DNA of 64,000 nt from Spirochaetaceae bacterium (lineage in GTDB: Bacteria > Spirochaetota > Spirochaetia > DSM-2461): contig OZ245056.1 of assembly GCA_965224705.1 (NCBI GenBank), positions 1,376,001 through 1,440,000 on the forward strand. Direction: 5' to 3'. Under the pieces are notes generated by a model that saw nothing but the letters and a program-made list of their open reading frames with translations, searched no databases and was not told the origin of the DNA. Position numbers and translations under genes: made by a program. Numbering within the stretch: position 1 is the stretch's first letter; the number at the start of each line of letters is the position of its first letter. Of this stretch, positions 1-10,766 are shown in pieces.

Positions 1-386
1 AAATAACTCAGGAGTTTTTCAATGATAACCCCATGACTGTTTGAAAGTATCCATACGAATGGCAATGCGGCGATAACATCAAATACGAATAAACCTTTTA
101 AGTAATGCACGGCTATCTTTTTCTGATCGGTAACCAGTATTTGACGTTCTATCAGTCCTGTGTTGAAGTTGATAACAATATCTGAAAAAAAAGTGAATGT
201 TCCTAAAGTATCAATGAATACTGTAAAAGAGGAACTGTGTGAAGGAAAGACAATCTGTAATGGAGAGCTTATGGTAAAAACAACGGTGATAATGAGAACA
301 TAAATTTCCCAGTAGATCTTGAACTTGCTTTCCGGATGGAGAGGGAATGATATCATGGAATCTGCACTGTTGAAATACTGATACAT
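1..386 (-). CDS. Cyclic-nucleotide-gated/ion-transport K+ channel, N-terminal part (runs off window start)
   Basis: Manual translation from ATG 386: MYQYFNSADSMISFPLHPESKFKIYWEIYVLII...FFSDIVINFNTG...VTDQKKIAVHYLKGLFVFDVIAALPF; matches S1-S3 motifs of CNG/KCNH/HCN-type channels. Confidence 0.8.
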   Translation of the reverse strand, partial: MYQYFNSADSMISFPLHPESKFKIYWEIYVLIITVVFTISSPLQIVFPSHSSSFTVFIDTLGTFTFFSDIVINFNTGLIERQILVTDQKKIAVHYLKGLFVFDVIAALPFVWILSNSHGVIIEKLLSY

Positions 387-781
387 GGAGTTTCTACTTG
401 TTTTATCATCGGAGAGGGTATTCTGAAACTCAAGTGCTGTGAAGTTTTTGTGGTACTGTGCAGATCTAAAATCGTTTGGCTGTAGATCAAGAAGGATTGA
501 CCTCTGTCAGAAATGCCTTCTTTCCCGGTGTCAGAAAGCTTGTTAAAGTGATAAAACCATGCCAGGCTGTTGAAAAAACTCCCCATGAGGGAATCCATTT
601 TAAGCAGGGTCAATCTGGGTGAAAAAAGCAGAAACCTGGCTGTGCGAGTGGCGTAATCCGGGGGTATTCCGACAGTGAAGACGGTTAAAGCGGGAGAAAA
701 AGACCGGGAACAGCCGCAGCACGATTAAGTCTATTCTCGAATCGCATCAGCCGCTTCTGACTATCCGAGTGCATGCATCTG

Positions 782-1585
782 TTATGCCTCTGGCTTGATT
801 GCCTTAATACTTGCCGAAACAACATAATCCTCTATCTTGCTTCCAGGCATCCAATTCTGGATAAATTCCCTGCTTTCCTCTTTTGGTTTTATTGATATTT
901 CCTCAAATCCTGCATCTTCCAGCATCGATTTAATATCTGTGATTAAAGATGCACCAGACATGCAGCCGGTAAACAGTGTCATATTATCTTTCATTGACTT
1001 TGGCAGCTCAACAGCAGCAACAACATCCGAAATAGCCAGGCGTCCACCGGGCTTCAACACCCGATATGATTCTTGAAAAACCCTGTGCTTTTCAGGCGAC
1101 AGATTGATGACGCAATTGGAAATGATGACATCGATTATGCCATCCGCTACAGGCAGATTTTCTATTTCACCCAGACGGAAATCCACATTGCTGAGACCTG
1201 CCTTTTCGGCATTGGCTCTTGCATTGCTCACCATTTCCGGTGTCATATCAACACCTATCACTTTCCCTGAATGTCCCACTTCGTTAACGGCAAGAAAACA
1301 ATCAAAACCACCGCCGCTGCCTAAATCAAGGACGGTTTCGCCTGCCTGCAATGCGGCTATTGCCCTGGGGTTGCCGCAGCCCAGGCCCATGTTTGCACTC
1401 TCAGGTACTTGATTCACTTCGGAACTTGAATAGCCAAGTTCCATTGATGTTGTCTTTGCATCAGAACTGGATTCACTGCAGCATGAAGTTGCCGAGCATC
1501 CACAGCTTGCATTTTCTGATTCCGCGATTTTGCCATACTGTTCACGGACAGCCTTACGTATGTGGTTATTTGTCATTTGATTCAT
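782..1585 (-). CDS. arsM: Arsenite methyltransferase
   Basis: Cys-rich N-terminus, MGLGCGNP, VLDLGSGGGFDC, ISNCVINL and GCMSGA motifs. Confidence 0.92.
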   Translation of the reverse strand: MNQMTNNHIRKAVREQYGKIAESENASCGCSATSCCSESSSDAKTTSMELGYSSSEVNQVPESANMGLGCGNPRAIAALQAGETVLDLGSGGGFDCFLAVNEVGHSGKVIGVDMTPEMVSNARANAEKAGLSNVDFRLGEIENLPVADGIIDVIISNCVINLSPEKHRVFQESYRVLKPGGRLAISDVVAAVELPKSMKDNMTLFTGCMSGASLITDIKSMLEDAGFEEISIKPKEESREFIQNWMPGSKIEDYVVSASIKAIKPEA

Positions 1586-1635
1586 ATCAATCTCCTCCCC
1601 CTATAGACGGAAAAGGAAGAAAAAGGACGCAGTTT

Positions 1636-2172
1636 TTAGCAAAATTTGCAGTCCTTAGCCCTTTTCTCATACGAAACAAGCTGGTTTCTATTGTTGATTT
1701 CAAATTGACAACAATCATTGAGCATCGTCTTTAGCAAAGCCCTGCCTCTTTGAACTCTCGATTTAGCACCTGACAGGCTAATGTTTTCAAGTTCGGCTAG
1801 CTCTTTTTGAGTCCTGTTTTCCATTTCGGACATCTGAATAGCATTACGGTATTTGTCTGGCAATTCTCTAATCATAATTTTAAGACATGACGATAATTCT
1901 TTCCTGAGGCCTTCCTCGTCTTCCGTTTGAGGCTGTTCTATCCAGTCTGGAAGTTCTTCTGTCGTCCGTTTTAAACGGTAATAGTCGACTACTGTATTTC
2001 GTGTTATCTGATATAGCCAATTCTCAAGCTTTGTATCGTCTTTAAGAGAATCAATTCGGGCATGAATCTTCATAAAAACATCCTGTAGAAGATCCTCCGC
2101 CACATCCTCCGCAACCCTGCTTTTCAGGAAAGCGGCCAATCTCATGTGGTACTCATGCCATATTTTTTCCAC
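1636..2172 (-). CDS. sigZ: ECF RNA polymerase sigma factor, SigZ family
   Basis: AEDLLQDVF, WLYQITRN, SGAKSRVQRGR, C-terminal DCC; probable GTG start at 2172 after GAGGGGG RBS. Confidence 0.85.
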   Translation of the reverse strand: MEKIWHEYHMRLAAFLKSRVAEDVAEDLLQDVFMKIHARIDSLKDDTKLENWLYQITRNTVVDYYRLKRTTEELPDWIEQPQTEDEEGLRKELSSCLKIMIRELPDKYRNAIQMSEMENRTQKELAELENISLSGAKSRVQRGRALLKTMLNDCCQFEINNRNQLVSYEKRAKDCKFC

Positions 2173-2349
2173 AGCCTGATTGCCCCCTCGTTTGTAGATA
2201 CGACCAGATTGTACTGCATGGCCGTGAAACCTGTCTTTGTGGCTTGTTCCTGAGAATGCTTGCACATTGCCGACGCGGCACCCCGTCCTCTGGCTTTGCC
2301 ATCAGCTATGCAGCCACAATTGCATGTCCGCTGCTAAACAACATTAGTT

Positions 2350-2889
2350 TCATTCAGGAAACTTCTTTATATGCGCATGGAGTTTTTTTATAGCCCAGTC
2401 GTAGTGACTGGACGCAGCGGACACACAGTAACTCCCAAGTGTGGTTGTACCTGTCCAATCGTAGTGTCGTTTTGTAAAAAGCTCTTCATCGGAGAATGGC
2501 TGTATCAATTCCAATACTGCTTCGTGGCTCGCTTTCAACATCTTCCTGGCGTCTTCAAGTTCCGTGTTCTGATGTTTTTGCCAAAACTCTGAATTCATTT
2601 CGCCGTATGTTTTCCAGTTATACGGTTCTGGAAGGAAGGGTGATTTGTTTCCAGCCATATTCGATGCAATCCATTTCAAAAGCAACTGATGCCATTCATA
2701 GAGATGTGTCAAAACATCCCTTAGATTTTTATCTCTTTTCCAATGGGCTTCTTTTTTCTTCAAATCATCGGAAAAGTCAAATTCTGAGGACAAAGCGCTT
2801 TTTGTCATTGTGTCAATCACCTGCCACAGCTTTTCAAAATTTGTCGTTGCGGCTTCGATTAAGTCTTTTTTTGTTGTCGGTCTTGCCAT
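2350..2889 (-). CDS. ClbS/DfsB family (DUF1706) four-helix bundle protein
   Basis: MARPTTKKDLI, RDKNLRDVLTHLYEWH, PYNWK, WTGTTTLGSY, SSHYDWA. Confidence 0.85.
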   Translation of the reverse strand: MARPTTKKDLIEAATTNFEKLWQVIDTMTKSALSSEFDFSDDLKKKEAHWKRDKNLRDVLTHLYEWHQLLLKWIASNMAGNKSPFLPEPYNWKTYGEMNSEFWQKHQNTELEDARKMLKASHEAVLELIQPFSDEELFTKRHYDWTGTTTLGSYCVSAASSHYDWAIKKLHAHIKKFPE

Positions 2890-2928
2890 CTTTATAATTC
2901 ACTTCTGTGCTCAGGTCCATACATGCCT

Positions 2929-3091
2929 GGAGTCTGTCGGACTTACGCCTCACGGCTCGATTTTTGCCCTTTTTACCTGCTGCTGTGTTGCCAAAATACT
3001 CACGTAGCCCAGCTACGCTCCGTTTTTGTCGCCTCGCATCAGGAAAAAATCATCAAAAATCACCTCGAAGTCTTAAAGTCCGACAGACTCC
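2929..3091 (+). mobile_element. MITE family 1, short form (163 bp)
   Basis: TIR GGAGTCTGTCGGACTT...AAGTCCGACAGACTCC; several copies in window. Confidence 0.85.
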
Positions 3092-4826
3092 TTGAATAAC
3101 GCAATGCCAGCTCCTTGCCCCGAAATCCCACACCCAGTACAAGCACTTCTTCAGGATGCCATTTTTTCTTTATGCCTTCAAGGTATTTCCGCTCGGCCTC
3201 GTCCAGAGCGGCCTGGGCCAGTTTATCCAGGCTCGCACTCTCCCCAATATTCCCCTGCTTGAATTCAAACAGAATGACTGCCTCGGCCTGATTCGGCAGG
3301 CTTCCCGGTCGGGCCAATACAATGTCCGGGCGGCCCATACCGCATTCCTTGTTGCTTTCTATCCTGTATTCACCGCTTAAGTAGGCCAGCAGGCCCAGAA
3401 CCAGACCGTGGTAGAAACTCTCCCGGCGTTTTCTGGCTTTCAGCTCGGACCTGCCGCCCATATCATAAAAGCTGGAAAGGTCAAATAGAATAGCTCCAAG
3501 ATTATCTTCAATGGCGGCGGCATTCATATCCCGTATCCCCTGAACAAAGTCTAAAAAATATCGGTTAATATTCAAGTCGGTATTCAGCCAGCCCATAATG
3601 ACATTGTTGTATAAGGAATGAATTTCCCGGTTAGGTATTTCTATCCGGTAATCCTGACTGTAGGGATGCTGCTGCATTTCACTGGCCTTCAAATATCCCC
3701 CGTGGAGCAGAAATCCCCATCCCAAATCTTCCGGGCCATCTTTAATCTGCGGAAAAGCAATGTTGACGGCCACTTTTTTTCTGACTTCATACCCGTTGAG
3801 AAGTTGTTCCACAGTATTTCGCCTGCTCTCCCGGTTCAACTGGAGCAGGTCCTTGACAAGCTGATTATCGCTGGTGTTGGTCCAGTAGGGCTGGAAGCCG
3901 TCTTTTGGTGTTCTTACATAACTGACCAGGCTCCAGGGATTGTAGATGACCGTGTCGCCGCCGAAAATATAGCCGTTATACCATTCCTTTATGCCATCCA
4001 TCTTGTCTGAAATTCCAAAATACTCGGCCATGGCTCCCACCTCGGATTCGGTGAATCCGAAACAATCTTTCATGGCATCATTCAGTACGGTGGATACCGC
4101 CGGATTATTGAAGTCACTAAAAATACTTTCTTGAGCCGCCTTGAGTATGCCGATTACCACGCCCTGCTGCAGGCTGGGGTTATCCTTGAAGGTCTGTCCC
4201 ATAAAGCTGCGTATGAAGCGAATGATTTCGTCATAATATCCTTCCATGTAGGCAGATTGCAGGGGAGTGTCGTACTCGTCCAGAAGGATGTAGACCTTTT
4301 TACCATAGGCACGGTGAAGCCAGGCAGAGAGGTTTTTAATGGACTTCGCATAGTCTCCATCCAAACATTGTTCCTGCAGCAATCTCACATAGAAATCTCT
4401 ATGTTTTTCGAGGAGACTTCCATTTTCCAAAAGATAGGCGTGCCTTTCGAATTCACTTGAGACGGCATCTTTTATTGAACTCATGCATTCGTTTACTGAT
4501 GCACTTTTCACATTCTTGAAACTCAAGGTAATAACCGGATACTGCCCCATGTAATCAACACATTCGGGATGTTGGGAGACGGAAAAATCGTCAAAAAGAT
4601 ACGCATTGGGAGGATTAGTAAGGCCGGAATTGGGAAACGGGGCCTCGAAAAAGTAGCGGATCATGCTCAGGTTCAAAGTTTTCCCAAAACGGCGGGGACG
4701 GGTTATCAGGTGAACTTTGCTGACGTGGTCGATAAGATGGCTGATAAGATGTGTTTTATCGACAAAATAGCAATCATTGTCGATGTATTCCTTGAAATCA
4801 GTAATCCCCTGTTCCAGTTTCTTCAT
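3060..4826 (-). CDS. AAA-ATPase-like + C-terminal PD-(D/E)xK nuclease protein (paralogue 1)
   Basis: YFVDKT, RPRRFGKTLNLSM (Walker A), LLDEYDTP (Walker B), WYNGY, YNPWS, ESFYHG, GRPDI..EFK; stop codon lies inside the MITE. Confidence 0.88.
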   Translation of the reverse strand: MKKLEQGITDFKEYIDNDCYFVDKTHLISHLIDHVSKVHLITRPRRFGKTLNLSMIRYFFEAPFPNSGLTNPPNAYLFDDFSVSQHPECVDYMGQYPVITLSFKNVKSASVNECMSSIKDAVSSEFERHAYLLENGSLLEKHRDFYVRLLQEQCLDGDYAKSIKNLSAWLHRAYGKKVYILLDEYDTPLQSAYMEGYYDEIIRFIRSFMGQTFKDNPSLQQGVVIGILKAAQESIFSDFNNPAVSTVLNDAMKDCFGFTESEVGAMAEYFGISDKMDGIKEWYNGYIFGGDTVIYNPWSLVSYVRTPKDGFQPYWTNTSDNQLVKDLLQLNRESRRNTVEQLLNGYEVRKKVAVNIAFPQIKDGPEDLGWGFLLHGGYLKASEMQQHPYSQDYRIEIPNREIHSLYNNVIMGWLNTDLNINRYFLDFVQGIRDMNAAAIEDNLGAILFDLSSFYDMGGRSELKARKRRESFYHGLVLGLLAYLSGEYRIESNKECGMGRPDIVLARPGSLPNQAEAVILFEFKQGNIGESASLDKLAQAALDEAERKYLEGIKKKWHPEEVLVLGVGFRGKELALRYSRSLSDFKTSR

Positions 4827-5107
4827 GGTTGGCATGGTAGCATAGGGATTAAGTCGTGTCTCAAAGTATGTGAGATCTCACCTGAATCGATATAAAAAGT
4901 GAAAAACAAAGGTTCAATCTTTTTAACCCAGAAGGTAAGCCCTATGAAGCTCGATACTATTCAAGAAACTTTGAACACTCTGCGCTCTCTGCGTCCTCTG
5001 CGGTTAAAAACCCATGAATAAGGCTTTGAATATGTGGAATACGGTATATTTTCGCCCTCAAGCAATCCTATTCCGTGTCCCTGGAAGCCTTAAAATCCGA
5101 CAGATTT

Positions 5108-5663
5108 CTAAAGCCACTGTGAGATTCCAATATAAACCAGAGACAATGCAAGTAGAATGCTGATAATCCGAAGAGACAGCGGGTTTTGGAAGACCGCCGA
5201 TATGAACACCCCCCCCCAGAGTCCAGGTCAGGGCGGAACAGGTACTGACGAGAATAATTATTGACTGGGAGTACAGCACGGTGGAAACTGTCCGCGAGGC
5301 CGGGAGGGACCCCAGGGCACTCAGGGCGAAAAACCACGCCTTAATGTTAATCCACTGAAAGAAAAAGGCCGCCCAGAACCCCAGAGGTTTGTATTGCTTC
5401 TTCCCCCTGGGATCCGCCATCAGGATCGGCGGAACCGGGGGTATCGCCTTCGTTCTTCCCTTCCGCTGGAACGGTCATCTGATCATTCTATACGCCAGAT
5501 AGGCAAAATACACAGAACCGATGCTTTTGATGATTATATCGAAGAAGGAGACACGATGGACGAGGGCGTAAATCCCCATGTTGATGCAGAAGAACAAAAA
5601 GCTGAATCCCACCACAATCCCCGCAATATGGCGGCGTGTTTTTTCCAGGCCACGGCTCCTCAT
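5108..5663 (-). pseudogene. LysE-family translocator remnant
   Basis: HIAGIVVGF..GSVYFAYLAYRM and PLGFWAAFFFQWINIKAW segments separated by a stop/frameshift; G9 run at 5209-5217 shifts the C-terminal frame; N-terminal PGP motif missing. Confidence 0.7.
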
Positions 5664-5782
5664 GCATGTGTTCAGATTTCTTTCACTCAGTTAGCTTTGT
5701 TTTGTGAGATTTAGTTTAACAGATTTCAGTGCTTTTTTGTTTTCTTTTATTTTGTCTCGGGGCTTTAGATACCCCATAGATA

Positions 5783-7285
5783 ATGGGAAACATATTGACC
5801 TATGATGAATATGCATGTACTGTATTGAAAATGCAGAACCATCTGCGACCATACATACACTTTACTCCGCAGAAAAACTGGATGAACGATCCGAATGGTT
5901 GTGTGTTCTTCAACAATACATATCATTTGTTTTTTCAGTGCAACCCACATGCAGACACATGGGGAACAATACATTGGGGGCATGCACAAAGTACGGATCT
6001 TCTTCATTGGAAGGAATTAGATATTGCCCTGTATCCCAACGAAAAGCTGGGGTATCCTTTTTCAGGATCAATAGTCGTTGACCGCAATAATGTGAGTGGC
6101 TTGTTTGCATCTGCCCCTGGTCTCATTGCCCTGTATACTGGCCATGTACCTCGCGAAGGCGGGGCTCTTGAACATCAATGTCTTGCATATAGTGATGACG
6201 AAGGGATAACATGGTCTATATACGGTGAAAACCCCGTTATCTCCAATCAAGAAAACCTTCCCGACTTTCGGGACCCGAAGGTTTTTTATCATCACAGAAC
6301 ACATTCGTGGAATCTTGTTCTTGCTGCAGGCAAACAAGTTTATTTTTATCGATCTCACAATCTCCTTCATTGGGAATTCTGCAGTGCATTCACCAAGGAA
6401 ATTGAATGGGACCACAGTGCCCTGGAATGCCCCGACTGCATATGCATGCAGGCACAAAGTGGAGAGGAGTATTGGTTTTTAGTTCTGAGCATACAAAACA
6501 GTGATGGGCCGGTAATGCTGTATATTGTCGGTAATTTTGATGGGGAGAAATTTACGGAACGAGACCCACAAAAACCCGCACAGAGCTTTGATTATGGAAA
6601 CGACTTTTATGCAGCCCAATCATGGTATGGAACAAAAAGCAGAACTATATGGATTGCCTGGGCAAACCATTGGCGGTATTCAAGTACTGTCCCCACCGAT
6701 CCATGGAGCGGAACAATGACCCTCCCCCGATCGCTAACACTTGTTGAGGAGGAGGCAGGGGTCATCCTCATACAAAAACCAGTTGAGGAAGTGGAGGAAC
6801 TTCGCGGGGAGGCAGTGGAAATTGAACAAGATGTCCTCCTCCATACAGAATGTGCCCATGAGTACCAGTTTGTATTGAACCATGCATGTGGAGGGAAAAT
6901 GCAGCTTCGCGTTACGACCGCATCAAATGAAAACATTTTCATGGAATGGGATGGTACATCAACAAGATTTACCCTCAATCGAGATGGACTCATATTATCG
7001 GAGTTCGATCCATTTTTCCAAAAACCCATGACCGTTACATTTTCTGAAGAAGAACTTGCTGAAGATCGGCTGTTTGTTCGGATGATTCTTGATAATTCCA
7101 TACTTGAACTATTTTTTCAAAGTGGTGAAAAAGTAATAACGGCTCAGGTTTTCCCCACCACACCATTTACGAATATTAGCTATACCTGTTCCGGGCAAAC
7201 GTCTATGGACTCTGCCATGTATTACCCCCTCATTTCGCAGGAGGATACAATGGGCATGCTTAACTATGAGAAAAAGGCAACGTAG
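5783..7285 (+). CDS. GH32 glycoside hydrolase (beta-fructosidase/levanase-like)
   Basis: WMNDPNG, WGHA, FSGS, FRDPKVF, LECPD, DYGNDFYAAQSW; true start may be the Met of MQNHLRP. Confidence 0.92.
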   Translation: MGNILTYDEYACTVLKMQNHLRPYIHFTPQKNWMNDPNGCVFFNNTYHLFFQCNPHADTWGTIHWGHAQSTDLLHWKELDIALYPNEKLGYPFSGSIVVDRNNVSGLFASAPGLIALYTGHVPREGGALEHQCLAYSDDEGITWSIYGENPVISNQENLPDFRDPKVFYHHRTHSWNLVLAAGKQVYFYRSHNLLHWEFCSAFTKEIEWDHSALECPDCICMQAQSGEEYWFLVLSIQNSDGPVMLYIVGNFDGEKFTERDPQKPAQSFDYGNDFYAAQSWYGTKSRTIWIAWANHWRYSSTVPTDPWSGTMTLPRSLTLVEEEAGVILIQKPVEEVEELRGEAVEIEQDVLLHTECAHEYQFVLNHACGGKMQLRVTTASNENIFMEWDGTSTRFTLNRDGLILSEFDPFFQKPMTVTFSEEELAEDRLFVRMILDNSILELFFQSGEKVITAQVFPTTPFTNISYTCSGQTSMDSAMYYPLISQEDTMGMLNYEKKAT

Positions 7286-7316
7286 TTGCTGAAATTTATT
7301 TATTAGGAGGGTAGCT

Positions 7317-8603
7317 ATGAAAAACAAACTACTTATCATTATAAGTCTTGTGCTACTTGTAACAGCACAGATTTTTTCTGCGGGTCAGTCAGATGGAGGA
7401 GATGCAGGTCCCGTTGAATTAAGCATGTGGTATCATGGTGCAGGTAATACTGCCGAGCGTGACACCTTGTTGAATATTATTGATGAATTCAATGCTTCAC
7501 AAAGTGGCTATATCGTTGTATTGGAGGAGTTTCCTCAAGAATCATACAACGATTCGGTAACTGCTGCAGCCCTTGCTGGTAACCTTCCCGACATCATTGA
7601 TGTTGATGGGCCGGTAATGCCCAATTGGGCATGGTCGGGATACATGGCTCCACTCGGTTTGTCCGAAAGCCAGGTAGCCCGTTTCCTTCGTGGTGCCATT
7701 GGAAAGTGGAATGGTGAAATATATTCAATTGGTCTGTGGGATGCGGCCATTGCAATGTTTGCCCGCCGTTCGGTATTAGAGAACTACGGTATCCGTATAC
7801 CAACTCTCGACAACCCATGGACATTGGAGGAATTCAATACCATTCTTGCAACATTGCAAAACTCGGGTGAGTATGAATATGCCTTCGATCCTGGCATGGC
7901 ATGGACAGGCGAATGGTATCCATATGCCTTTTCTCCCCTTCTGCAAAGTTTTGGTGGCGATCTGATCAATCGAAAAACATACACAAGTGCGGAAAACGTT
8001 TTGAATGGACCTGAGGCTGTTGCCTTTGGCGAATGGTGGCAGGGTCTTTTTGAAAATGGCTATGCTCCGGGAGTAGGACAGGATGGTGCCGATAGGGAAA
8101 CAGGTTTTATTGATGGCAAATATGCCCTTCAGTGGAATGGTAACTGGGCAGCCCTCGCTGCCCTGGACGCCTTCGGTGATGATATGCTCTTTCTCCCTGC
8201 ACCAGATTTTGGTTCCGGATCAAAGATTGGTGCTGCTTCCTGGCAATTCGGTATTGCCGAAACAAGCGAAAACAAGGAAGGAGCACGGGCATTTATTGAA
8301 TTCGCCATACAGGATCAGTTCCTTGCGAATTTCACAAATGCCACAGGGCTTATTCCCGCAACAACGGAGGCGGCTGCTCTCACGGAGAACTATGCCCCTG
8401 GTGCTCCTCTTGCAACCTTCTTTGAACTGAGTAACACTCAAGGGCTTATCCGCCCACCCACACCTGGCTATGTTGTTATGGCAAAGGTTTTTGAGAAAGC
8501 CCTTGCCGATATAGCGAGCGGTGCTAATGTTCGGAGTACCCTTGATGCAGCGGTAGACGAAATTGAACTTGATATCCAAAACAACAACGGATATGGTTTC
8601 TAA
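7317..8603 (+). CDS. Sugar ABC transporter substrate-binding protein
   Basis: Signal peptide, LPDIIDVDGP, PWTLEEF; AGGAGG RBS; operon context. Confidence 0.88.
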   Translation: MKNKLLIIISLVLLVTAQIFSAGQSDGGDAGPVELSMWYHGAGNTAERDTLLNIIDEFNASQSGYIVVLEEFPQESYNDSVTAAALAGNLPDIIDVDGPVMPNWAWSGYMAPLGLSESQVARFLRGAIGKWNGEIYSIGLWDAAIAMFARRSVLENYGIRIPTLDNPWTLEEFNTILATLQNSGEYEYAFDPGMAWTGEWYPYAFSPLLQSFGGDLINRKTYTSAENVLNGPEAVAFGEWWQGLFENGYAPGVGQDGADRETGFIDGKYALQWNGNWAALAALDAFGDDMLFLPAPDFGSGSKIGAASWQFGIAETSENKEGARAFIEFAIQDQFLANFTNATGLIPATTEAAALTENYAPGAPLATFFELSNTQGLIRPPTPGYVVMAKVFEKALADIASGANVRSTLDAAVDEIELDIQNNNGYGF

Positions 8604-8619
8604 TTCTTGATTGTATATG

Positions 8620-8652
8620 CCGGAGCGGAACATCCTCCGCTCTGGTTTTTTA
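8620..8652 (+). terminator. Rho-independent terminator-like hairpin
   Basis: CCGGAGCGGA-acatcc-TCCGCTCTGG followed by a T run. Confidence 0.6.
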
Positions 8653-8722
8653 TGGATTTGGGGAAGTACCATCTACCCCTCCCATTGATCTATGTAAATC
8701 TCAAAACATTGAGGAGTATTCT

Positions 8723-9832
8723 ATGAACAATCAACACCTATTGAAATTAGGAACGAGCTTAAAGGTACTCAATAAAGGCGAAGCAATTACTGGTTGGCTT
8801 ATGGCAGGCCCTGCAATAGTCCTTCTTTTCGTATTTCTCATACTTCCCTTCTTTATGGCCTTTGGGCTTGCCTTTACCAACCAGAGGCTTATATCGCCAA
8901 ATCCAACGGAATGGGTCGGGTTGCGAAATTTTCAACGGCTCCTAACCATTCGTACACTGGTATTAGAACCAGTGACCAATGATGCTGGTCAACTGTTACT
9001 TGATGAAGACGGTAATGCGATCTACCCCGAATTGCGGGACTTCACGCGAAGTGATAATCCGCAGTATGAAAAATATAGGGGCACACGAGAATGGTTTTCA
9101 TATACCCGTGGAGACAATCGCATTGTTATTCTTGCATCGGATGTTGTCTTTTTGAAGGCGGTATTTAATACCTTTCGCTTCGTCCTTGTAATTGTTCCTC
9201 TTCAAGGAGGGGTTGCTCTTCTTCTTGCCCTTCTGGTTAATAGAAAATTGCGAGGAGTCTACGTTTTTCGAACAATCTATTTTATGCCTGCTGTTGTGTC
9301 CATGGTTGTTCTCTCGCTTCTCTGGCGGTTTATTTATGATGGCAACAATGGTCTTCTCAACTCCTTTTTGGCATTTATTACATTTGGAATTGCTCAGCCT
9401 GTTGATTGGCTCGGACAAACCAATACAGCAATGCCTGCCATTATTTTCATGTCGGCTTGGGGTGGATGTGGATTACACATGGTGCTCTGGCTTGCGGGGT
9501 TACAAAATATTCCAACGATTCGCTATGAAGCAGCAGATATTGATGGGGTGAATGTCTGGCAAAAGTTTCGCTATGTTACATGGCCTGGTCTCAAAAACAC
9601 AGCAGTGTTTATATTCATCATCATTACCATACAAGCCTTTGGTCTCTTCATACAAATAAATGCAATGACGCAGGGTGGCCCTCTTGATTCAACGCAGACC
9701 GTTGTTTTTCAGGCAATAGAACGGGGCTATGGTAAGCAGGATATTGCAGGTGGGGCGACAATTTCGGTTATTTTCTTCCTTATGGTGCTGACCGTTTCCC
9801 TCGTCCAACGATATTTAACACGGGATAAATAA
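8723..9832 (+). CDS. Carbohydrate ABC transporter permease
   Basis: TM helices; YEAADIDG...KFRYVTWP EAA motif. Confidence 0.9.
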   Translation: MNNQHLLKLGTSLKVLNKGEAITGWLMAGPAIVLLFVFLILPFFMAFGLAFTNQRLISPNPTEWVGLRNFQRLLTIRTLVLEPVTNDAGQLLLDEDGNAIYPELRDFTRSDNPQYEKYRGTREWFSYTRGDNRIVILASDVVFLKAVFNTFRFVLVIVPLQGGVALLLALLVNRKLRGVYVFRTIYFMPAVVSMVVLSLLWRFIYDGNNGLLNSFLAFITFGIAQPVDWLGQTNTAMPAIIFMSAWGGCGLHMVLWLAGLQNIPTIRYEAADIDGVNVWQKFRYVTWPGLKNTAVFIFIIITIQAFGLFIQINAMTQGGPLDSTQTVVFQAIERGYGKQDIAGGATISVIFFLMVLTVSLVQRYLTRDK

Positions 9833-9835
9833 GCA

Positions 9836-10753
9836 TTGAGCACATCAATAAAAAATTACAGCAGCACCCAACAATCCGTATTGAAGCCTAAAAAATCGAT
9901 AACTGGAACTACCGTAGCCTCGTATACTATCATGTTCATAGTAGCTGCCATTTTCATTCTTCCGATCCTCTTCATGGTCATGTCATCACTTAAACCCGAA
10001 CTTCAATTGTTTCGCGACACGGAATCGCTCCGTGCATTTCTCCCTGTGGGTGACATCAGTATTGCAAACTATACCGCAGCATTTATCCGTGCACCTATAC
10101 TCTTGTTCCTGTTTAATTCCTTGTTTGTGACCGCATCAACCGTATTCCTCGGGTTAGTTGTAAATTCACTAGCTGGATTTTCGTTTCACTTTCTTCGTTG
10201 GAAGGGGAAGACAATTATTTTATCCATTGTTATTGCCCTGTTTATTATACCCTTTGAAACTATTGCCATTCCCCTTCTGCTCCTGGTAAACGAGCTTCCT
10301 TATATCAGTTTTGATGGGCTAACAACGGGATGGCTTAATACCTATCATGTGCAAATTATCCCATGGGTGGCATTTCCCTTTCAGATATTCCTGTTTTATC
10401 AGTTCTTTCGGGAGATCCCTCGTGACCTCATTGAGGCGGCCCGAATCGATGGGGCGGGATGGTTACAAATTTATCTTCGCGTAGTTATTCCCGTATCTGG
10501 CCCTGTTATTGCTACAGCAGCGGTTCTCCGTTCCCTGGAGATGTGGAATCAATATCTCTGGCCAATTATTACCATACAATCTGAACGTTACCGCCCTGTT
10601 CTTGTTGGCTTGCAATACTTCTTCCAGCTTGATATTGCATGGGCGGAAGTTATGGCCTATCTTACCATCATCACTATCCCTGTCCTTGTATTTTACTTTT
10701 CACTTCAACGCGTTTTTATCGAATCAATTGCATCAACAGGAATTAAAGGATAA
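9836..10753 (+). CDS. Carbohydrate ABC transporter permease
   Basis: IPRDLIEAARIDGA EAA motif, WNQYLWP, GIKG end. Confidence 0.9.
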   Translation: MSTSIKNYSSTQQSVLKPKKSITGTTVASYTIMFIVAAIFILPILFMVMSSLKPELQLFRDTESLRAFLPVGDISIANYTAAFIRAPILLFLFNSLFVTASTVFLGLVVNSLAGFSFHFLRWKGKTIILSIVIALFIIPFETIAIPLLLLVNELPYISFDGLTTGWLNTYHVQIIPWVAFPFQIFLFYQFFREIPRDLIEAARIDGAGWLQIYLRVVIPVSGPVIATAAVLRSLEMWNQYLWPIITIQSERYRPVLVGLQYFFQLDIAWAEVMAYLTIITIPVLVFYFSLQRVFIESIASTGIKG

Positions 10754-10766
10754 TAGGTTCAGCACT

